64,000 nucleotides of DNA, taken from the NCBI GenBank assembly GCA_964462205.1, contig CAYWWW010000007.1:28149-92148 (forward strand), read 5' to 3'. The notes beneath the pieces are model-generated. The model had not been told where the DNA came from and did no database searches. It worked only from the letters and a program-made list of their open reading frames with translations. The position numbers were made by a program, and so were the translations under genes. Numbering within the stretch: position 1 is the stretch's first letter; each line of letters begins with the position of its first letter. The stretch is from an uncultured Cardiobacteriales bacterium. Its GTDB lineage: Bacteria; Pseudomonadota; Gammaproteobacteria; CAYWWW01. Shown here piece after piece: positions 57,591 to 64,000 of the stretch.

Positions 57591-59441
57591 GTGATCGTTT
57601 TTGATCGTGCGGCTTTATACCGTGGCGCGCGTGAATTATTTAGCGAAGCCAGTTTTACCATTCAACCGGCGTGGCGCTTGGGGGTGGTTGGCCAAAATGG
57701 TAGCGGAAAATCGAGCCTTTTCAGTTTGTTGCTCGGCGAAATGCAGGTTGAATATGGCGAAGTGATCATTCCTAAGCATCTCACTTGGGCTTCGGTCGCG
57801 CAGGAAACGCCGGCCTTGCCGGACTCGGCTTTGGCGGTGACGATTGCTGGTGACAGCGAATATATTGCTTTGATAGAAAAAGAGAAAAAGTTAGAGCATT
57901 CAGATGCCGCTGGCTTGGCGGCTATTCATGAGCGGTTATTACAGATTGATGCTTATGCGATTACAGGCCGTGCCAGTCAATTATTGCGTGGTTTGGGTTT
58001 TAGTGAGCAAGATTTGGATAAACCCGTTGCTGATTTTTCAGGTGGTTGGCGGATGCGGATTAACCTGGCGCGTGCCTTGATGCGCCGTTCCGATGTGTTA
58101 TTACTTGACGAACCGACCAACCATTTGGATTTAGATGCAATTTTATGGTTGCAAGACTGGCTTAAACAATACCCAGGGACATTGCTGTTAATTTCGCATG
58201 ATCGAGACTTTTTAGATCATGTTTGTGATCATATTTTACATTTGAAAAACAAAAGTTTAACCGTTTATACTGGCAATTTTTCGACCTTTGCGGCCGCTTA
58301 TGCCGAAAGGCAAGCGCAGCAAGCAATGGCTTTAGAAAAACAAGCGGCACAAAGGCTGCATCTGGAATCTTTTGTCAATCGTTTCCGTGCCAAAGCCAGC
58401 AAAGCTAAACAAGCGCAATCGCGTTTGAAAATGCTTGAAAAAATGCAAAATTTAGCGCCAGTTTATCAAGATAGCGCCTTATCTTTTTCCTTCCCCGAGC
58501 CAAAATATCTTCCCGAACCCTTGTTTACTTTAGACGGCGCGACTTTAGGTTATACCTCTGCCTTGTTAAACAATGTGAGCTTGCGGCTGTTGCCAGGACA
58601 GCGTTTGGGGCTTCTGGGTCGCAATGGCGCGGGAAAATCCACGCTAGTCAAAGCCATAGCTGGGGTTTTGCCGTTATTGTCCGGGCAAAGCCTGGCTGCC
58701 GAACGTCTGCAATTGGCCTATTTTGCCCAGCAACAATTGGAGCAATTGGCAAGCGAAGAAAGCGCCTTCTGGCACATCCAAATGCTTGATAAACAAGCCA
58801 CTGAACAAAGGGTGCGGGATTATTTAGGCAGTTTTGCTTTCTATGGCGATCAAGTCTTTACGCCAGTTGGCCAATTTTCCGGTGGCGAGCGCACCCGCTT
58901 GGTATTGGCAATGTTGGTCTATCAAGCGCCTAACCTATTGTTATTAGACGAGCCAACGAATCACTTGGATATGGAAACCCGCTTTGCTTTAGAACAAGCC
59001 TTATTGCAATTTAAGGGTGCGGTGGTCTTGGTGTCCCATGATCGTGCCTTGTTGCAAAGCACTTGTGATGAATTTTTATTGGTAGCTGCCGGGAAAGTTT
59101 CAGCTTTTGCTGGTGATATCAACGACTACATCCAGATGCTGCAAGGGAAAAGCCTGAGTACGACGGTTGATAAAGTAAGCCAGCCACATCGGGAAATAGA
59201 TAAAAAAGGTGATAAGCAAAAATTGCGTCAACTTGAAAAAGATATTGAAAAAATTGAAAAAAAATTAAGCATTTGGCAAAAAGAACTCGATGTTTTAAAC
59301 ACACAATTATTTGCCGGGGAAAATGCTTGTAATCCAGAGATATTGGCAAAATTAACGCAAGAAAAAAACCTGCTGCAAGCGAAAATTGATCAAGCCGAAG
59401 AGCAATGGTTACATTGGCAAAGTGTGCTCGAAAATTGGTAG
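57591..59441 (+). CDS. ABC-F family ATPase (YheS-like)
   Basis: Two NBDs (GQNGSGKS, GRNGAGKS), FSGGWRMR, LDEPTNHLD twice, RFRAKASKAKQAQSR linker; no TMs. Confidence 0.92.
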   Translation: MIVFDRAALYRGARELFSEASFTIQPAWRLGVVGQNGSGKSSLFSLLLGEMQVEYGEVIIPKHLTWASVAQETPALPDSALAVTIAGDSEYIALIEKEKKLEHSDAAGLAAIHERLLQIDAYAITGRASQLLRGLGFSEQDLDKPVADFSGGWRMRINLARALMRRSDVLLLDEPTNHLDLDAILWLQDWLKQYPGTLLLISHDRDFLDHVCDHILHLKNKSLTVYTGNFSTFAAAYAERQAQQAMALEKQAAQRLHLESFVNRFRAKASKAKQAQSRLKMLEKMQNLAPVYQDSALSFSFPEPKYLPEPLFTLDGATLGYTSALLNNVSLRLLPGQRLGLLGRNGAGKSTLVKAIAGVLPLLSGQSLAAERLQLAYFAQQQLEQLASEESAFWHIQMLDKQATEQRVRDYLGSFAFYGDQVFTPVGQFSGGERTRLVLAMLVYQAPNLLLLDEPTNHLDMETRFALEQALLQFKGAVVLVSHDRALLQSTCDEFLLVAAGKVSAFAGDINDYIQMLQGKSLSTTVDKVSQPHREIDKKGDKQKLRQLEKDIEKIEKKLSIWQKELDVLNTQLFAGENACNPEILAKLTQEKNLLQAKIDQAEEQWLHWQSVLENW

Positions 59442-59567
59442 CTGCGATCTGGCTTGCGTGTTTGATTCAGCAAGCATTCACAAAATAGCTTTAGCGTCAC
59501 CAGCATTCTGCTACGCAGAATTTTTTTTGGTCAACGGGATTGTTTTTTAACCTTTCAGGAGTGTTTT

Positions 59568-59975
59568 ATGCGTGAATTGCTCACCATGTTGTTGTTAGGT
59601 TCTGTGGTGTTTTTGTCAGCTTGTTCCGGTGTGGATGATCGCACCGCGATCAATACCGGCGCGGGCGCGGCGATTGGTGCCACCGCTGGTGCGGTGATTG
59701 GTAATAATTTAGAGCGTGGCGGTAGTGATGGTGGTGGTCAAACCGGTGCTTTGATCGGCGCGATTGCCGGTGGTTTGATTGGTTATAGCACTTCCCAAGA
59801 TGGTAGTGCCTATGATGATGAATATAGTGAAGGTTTTTATGGCTCCGATGGCCGTTATTACATCTATCGCGATGGCGTAGCCGTACCGGCAGCACCGCCT
59901 GCCTATCCGTCGGCTTACCCACCGGCCGGAAGCTATTATGCACCCCGTGATTCTTCAATGCGTTTAAGTTATTGA
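59568..59975 (+). CDS. Glycine-zipper lipoprotein
   Basis: Lipobox LSAC; GAGAAIGATAGAVIG and GALIGAIAGGLIG. Confidence 0.85.
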   Translation: MRELLTMLLLGSVVFLSACSGVDDRTAINTGAGAAIGATAGAVIGNNLERGGSDGGGQTGALIGAIAGGLIGYSTSQDGSAYDDEYSEGFYGSDGRYYIYRDGVAVPAAPPAYPSAYPPAGSYYAPRDSSMRLSY

Positions 59976-60011
59976 TTTTATCTTATTATTTATCTCTTGT
60001 TTGATTAACTG

Positions 60012-60044
60012 CCGGCTTTCCGCAAAGGATGCCGGTTTTTTTTT
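60012..60044 (+). terminator. Intrinsic terminator
   Basis: CCGGC.TTCC-GCAA-AGGATGCCGG followed by a long T-run. Confidence 0.8.
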
Positions 60045-60186
60045 GTATTTTTGTTAAACAAATGTAAGAAAATAGCACTAGCTAACCCACTAAAAAGCGA
60101 CTTTATGCTATGGTCCTTGACAGACCTCGGCGGATTATTTGCAGGTATAGTTTTTATGCTTCAAAGATAAAAATTTGTGAAATTTT

Positions 60187-62412
60187 ATGAAAAAAAAGCA
60201 TATTTTAGTCGTTGACGATAGTGAATTTATGCGCACCTTGCTTCAGCAATTGCTCGCTGAACGCTATCAAGTGTCTTGTGTGGCTAATGGGCAGGCGGCA
60301 TTGCAATGGCTTAAACATTATGCAGTTGATCTTATTCTTTTGGATGTGGTGATGCCGGGTATTTCTGGCTATGAAGTCTGTAAGCAATTAAAAGAATGGG
60401 AAAAAACAAAAAATGTGCCGGTTATTTTTTTAACGTCGCAAACGGCGGCGGCGGATGAAGCACATGGCTTAACCTTGGGTGCTGTGGATTATTTGCCAAA
60501 ACCACCAAATCCGCCGGTATTATGGGCACGGGTGCAGACGCATTTACGCTTGGCGCAACAGCAAGCACAGCAGGCTTTTCTCAATCAATTATCGCAGCAG
60601 CTTTTAACCTTACCCGAGGCCAATTTAGCAGAGTTTTTACCAACTTTATTAAAATCACTGGCTTTATTTTTTTCGGCAGAAACTGCTTGTTTTTCTTTGA
60701 GAACACTTAAAGAAACTATCAATCAGCCGGTGTTTTCTTGGTCAGTTTATCAAGAGTCTTGCACTGATGAACTTTGTCCTGAAGAAGCCTTAACCTTATT
60801 TACGCAGGCCAGTCAGCACCGACAACCCTTAGCAATACATCTGAATGACAGCAAGTTATTTGAACAACATAAAGATTTTATTGAGAAAATAAAAAGTTTT
60901 GGTATTTTATCGCTGTTGATGGCACCCTTATATGACGGAGAGGCAATTTTTGGTGTTTTATCTTTACGAACCAAAGCTATGGCAACGCATTGGGATGCAG
61001 AAGATACGCAATTTTTGCGCTTAGTTGCCGATGTTTTAGCTGGTGCTTGGCAGCGTTATGCCACCGAACAAGCCTTAAAAATCAGCGAAGCGCGTTACCG
61101 CAGTTTATTTCAAAGTTTACCCTTGGGCGCTATTGTTTATGGTAATACTGGTGAAGTAATTACTTTCAATAAGCAAGCAGTGGATATTTTAGGTATTGAA
61201 CCAACTAAAATTAGTCAATACCTCTATGAAAACAATAAAATAATTTTTCAAGATAATGGTTTGCCGTTTTCTGAAAACCAATATCCCTTGCAGATGGTGC
61301 TGCGTAGCTTACCATCGGTGCGTGATGTGGTGATGTCTTGGCCACATCCACATCTGGGAGTGCGTTGGTTAAATGTCAACAGTGATCCCCTCTTAAGCTT
61401 TTCTCAACAAATAGAAGGCGCTATCTGTATTTTTTCCGACATTACCGCTAAAAAAATCTCGGAAAATGAATTACGCTTGGCGGCCAGTGTGTTTAGTCAT
61501 GCGCATGAAAGCATTTTGATTGCCGATGCTGATGTTAAAATTATTCGTGTTAACCGTGCCTTAGAAGAAAGCAGTGGCTACAGTGCCGAAGAGTTGATTG
61601 GCAAAAATCCCAGTGTCTTAAAATCCTCTTACCAAAGTCCGGCTTTTTACATTCAGATGTGGAAAAAATTAGATCAAGAGGGCTATTGGTCGGGAGAAAT
61701 TTGGAATCGCAAAAAAAGTGGTGAGCTATATGCCGTCTTGGTTTCGATCAGTAAAGTCTTTGATGAAAGACAACAATTACAACATTATGTGGCTCTGTAT
61801 GCCGATATTACCAGCCAAAAAGAATACCAACAAAAATTGGAACGCATTGCGCATTACGATGCTTTAACCAACCTCCCCAATCGCCTGCTTTTTCATGATC
61901 GTTTACGGCAATCCATGGCACAGGCCAAGCGTTTGGGGCAAATGTTAGCGGTGCTGTATTTGGATTTAGATGGCTTTAAGCCGGTGAATGATATTCACGG
62001 TCATGCTGTCGGGGATTTATTATTACAAATACTTGCGCAGAAAATGCAGAAAGCCATTCGCGAAACCGATACTTTAGCGCGTTTGGGTGGCGATGAATTT
62101 GTGTTTATTTTGAATAATTTAGATAAAAAAGACGCCTTTGAAATTGTCATTCAGCGTATTTTTCAAGCGGTGACGGAACCGGTTCCCTATCAAGAACTAT
62201 TTTTGCAAGTTTCTTGTAGTATTGGTGTCACTTTTTATCCGCAGGAATGGACACAAGCGCCCAGCGAGTTGATTCGGCAGGCCGATGTGGCGATGTATGT
62301 AGCGAAAAAAGCCGGTAAACATCAATACCGAATTTTTTCGCCAGAGGATGATTTAGCGGCGGAGGGGACGGCAGGTGGCGGTGAATCTGCCGAAAAGCAG
62401 TCGCCAATTTAA
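60187..62412 (+). CDS. Diguanylate cyclase (REC-GAF-PAS-PAS-GGDEF)
   Basis: VVDD/LLDVVMP receiver; PAS with WSGEIWNRKKSGE; intact GGDEF with RETD I-site. Confidence 0.92.
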   Translation: MKKKHILVVDDSEFMRTLLQQLLAERYQVSCVANGQAALQWLKHYAVDLILLDVVMPGISGYEVCKQLKEWEKTKNVPVIFLTSQTAAADEAHGLTLGAVDYLPKPPNPPVLWARVQTHLRLAQQQAQQAFLNQLSQQLLTLPEANLAEFLPTLLKSLALFFSAETACFSLRTLKETINQPVFSWSVYQESCTDELCPEEALTLFTQASQHRQPLAIHLNDSKLFEQHKDFIEKIKSFGILSLLMAPLYDGEAIFGVLSLRTKAMATHWDAEDTQFLRLVADVLAGAWQRYATEQALKISEARYRSLFQSLPLGAIVYGNTGEVITFNKQAVDILGIEPTKISQYLYENNKIIFQDNGLPFSENQYPLQMVLRSLPSVRDVVMSWPHPHLGVRWLNVNSDPLLSFSQQIEGAICIFSDITAKKISENELRLAASVFSHAHESILIADADVKIIRVNRALEESSGYSAEELIGKNPSVLKSSYQSPAFYIQMWKKLDQEGYWSGEIWNRKKSGELYAVLVSISKVFDERQQLQHYVALYADITSQKEYQQKLERIAHYDALTNLPNRLLFHDRLRQSMAQAKRLGQMLAVLYLDLDGFKPVNDIHGHAVGDLLLQILAQKMQKAIRETDTLARLGGDEFVFILNNLDKKDAFEIVIQRIFQAVTEPVPYQELFLQVSCSIGVTFYPQEWTQAPSELIRQADVAMYVAKKAGKHQYRIFSPEDDLAAEGTAGGGESAEKQSPI

Positions 62413-63254
62413 GCCAAAACCACGGTTTTATTGCCACGCACCAAGACGCGATCTTCCAGGTGGTAACGTAAACCGCGTGCTAAGACTTGTTTTTCGACAT
62501 CGCGACCCAGCCGAATTAAATCTTCCACCGTGTGATCGTGGCGCACCCGGATGACATCCTGCTCAATAATCGGCCCGGCATCGAGATGCTCGGTAACATA
62601 ATGACAGGTCGCACCGATCAATTTCACGCCACGCGCATAGGCTTGATGATAGGGTTTGGCACCGATAAATGAGGGTAAAAAACTGTGATGAATGTTGATA
62701 ATTTTTTCGGGATAACGCGCACAAATTTCTGTCGGCAAAATCTGCATAAATCTTGCTAAAACAATACATTCTGCTTGATAACTCTGCCAAAGTTTTTCTA
62801 TTTCTTCAAAAGCTTTTGTTTTATCTTCTTTAGGGAAGGGTAGATAATGAAAAGGAATATCCTGCCATTGTACCCAGGTGCTTACTTGTTGATGATTGGA
62901 AATAACTGCAAGTAATTCAAAGGGTAACTCATGACTTTGCCAGCGATACCATAGATCATAAAAACAATGATCAAAAGCGCTGACCATGAGGACAACCCGG
63001 GTTTTTTCTTGCACATGGCGAATGCGCCACTGCATCTGTAATGCTTCAGCAACCTGGCTAAATTGTTGTGAAAATTCATTTTTTGTTAAGGGACAATCAA
63101 ATTCATAACGCATATAAAAATGTTGATTAGGACGATCTAAATGCTGATGTGCTTCAATAATTAAACCATCTAATTGTGCGATAGCCTGCGTGACTTGTGC
63201 CACGATGCCGCGTGTATCTGGACAATGGCCGATTAAGCGATAAGTATTTGACAT
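62409..63254 (-). CDS. purU: Formyltetrahydrofolate deformylase
   Basis: ACT domain; LARFMQIL, INIHHSFLPSF.GAKPYHQA..RGVKLIGAT.H, LDAGPIIEQD. Confidence 0.96.
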   Translation of the reverse strand: MSNTYRLIGHCPDTRGIVAQVTQAIAQLDGLIIEAHQHLDRPNQHFYMRYEFDCPLTKNEFSQQFSQVAEALQMQWRIRHVQEKTRVVLMVSAFDHCFYDLWYRWQSHELPFELLAVISNHQQVSTWVQWQDIPFHYLPFPKEDKTKAFEEIEKLWQSYQAECIVLARFMQILPTEICARYPEKIINIHHSFLPSFIGAKPYHQAYARGVKLIGATCHYVTEHLDAGPIIEQDVIRVRHDHTVEDLIRLGRDVEKQVLARGLRYHLEDRVLVRGNKTVVLA

Positions 63255-63278
63255 AAAAAATAAAGAGTTGTATGAAAA

Positions 63279-64000
63279 TTAAAAAAAGTCGTCCGGTGGA
63301 TCAATTTTTCGCCGTAGTCTGCTTTTCTTTTGCAAATTGCTGATGACTTTTGTCAAATAACGCCGTTCTTGTTCTAAGCGTGCAAGATGTTGTTTTTGTT
63401 CTAAATCACGTTCTTGATAAATAGCTTCTTGTTTTTCTGAAAATTCTTTTAAGAAAGTGACTTGATTTTGCCAATGTAAAATTTCTGCTGCCGCCGTTTT
63501 TAGTTGCTGTGCTAACGCCTGATTACTTTCTTTCAGCAACGCTTGTGCTTGCTGTGCGCTTTGTTGCTGTGCGTGCAATCTTTGCTCGTGCAACTGCAAT
63601 AAGTTTTGCAATTCATCCTTTTGTTTTTGTTGACTTTTATGTAAAGCCTGCTGATGTGCAAACTGTTGTTGTTGTAAAGTTTCGCTTAGTTCATGTAAAA
63701 GTTTTTGTTGTTGCAATAACGCCGCCTGTTGTTCTGCCTCCATTTTAAGGAGATTTTGGCTTTGTTCTTGGTTGCATTCTTCGAGCATTTTCTGTTGCGC
63801 TTGCCAGGCTATTTTTTCGTTAAGTAATTGTTCTAAAGCCTGTTCTGTTGATAAGCGCTTCTCTTGTTGTTCCTGTAAAGAGCCATGTAAAAGCGTATTT
63901 TCCTCTTGTAAAATTGCCAAAGCGCTCTCGATTTGTTTTTTATCTTCTTGATATTGATGAGAAGACTTTTCTACCGCACGCTTCCATAAATTTTCAGCTA
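63279..64000 (-). CDS. Q/E/L-rich coiled-coil protein, partial (begins beyond the window)
   Basis: Frame is open to the window edge (..AENLWKRAVEK..); possibly KfrA-like, which cannot be confirmed here. Confidence 0.65.
   Translation of the reverse strand, partial: AENLWKRAVEKSSHQYQEDKKQIESALAILQEENTLLHGSLQEQQEKRLSTEQALEQLLNEKIAWQAQQKMLEECNQEQSQNLLKMEAEQQAALLQQQKLLHELSETLQQQQFAHQQALHKSQQKQKDELQNLLQLHEQRLHAQQQSAQQAQALLKESNQALAQQLKTAAAEILHWQNQVTFLKEFSEKQEAIYQERDLEQKQHLARLEQERRYLTKVISNLQKKSRLRRKIDPPDDFF

Noticed and set aside
60005-60045. c-di-GMP riboswitch upstream of the diguanylate cyclase (GCAAAG motif)
   Set aside because: Only one hairpin plus a T-run directly after the lipoprotein gene; the two-stem GEMM architecture is not present
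62409-63254. Functional link between purU and the sugar N-formyltransferase
   Set aside because: Both use 10-formyl-THF, but they are ~18 kb apart in separate transcription units, so proximity is not evidence

Overview
64 kb of chromosomal DNA from what looks like a sulfur-oxidising, microaerophilic proteobacterium. That assignment is inferred from gene content: an LbpA/DsrE/LipS1-LipS2 cluster, a cbb3 oxidase, AddAB-type repair genes and type IVa pilins. In order, the window holds: the 3' end of acnB; a DnaA-box cluster ahead of a frameshift-split Bro-N gene; addB/addA-like genes, slt, bamD and rluD; an AT-rich, decayed restriction-modification islet; an FNR-like reductase, an FGE-domain protein and an ABC-2 exporter; ccoNOQPGHIS plus an unannotated 35-aa membrane peptide; rpoH; a membrane-fused spermidine-synthase-like gene; four Uma2 genes, one a chimera made by a 560-bp tandem duplication; a pilin-linked glycan island (two pilins, a TfpW/TMTC-like GT-C, an N-formyl-3-amino-sugar pathway and Wzx); the sulfur-oxidation-type lipoate assembly cluster, with a hicBA insertion and no adjacent shdr genes; an ABC-F; a diguanylate cyclase; and purU. 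The most unusual signal is an antitoxin-like gene followed by a PIN domain fused in frame to the pathway's sugar aminotransferase, which has no start codon of its own. No rRNA, tRNA, CRISPR array, integrase or transposase was recognised. All calls come from motif recognition by eye; no searches were run.
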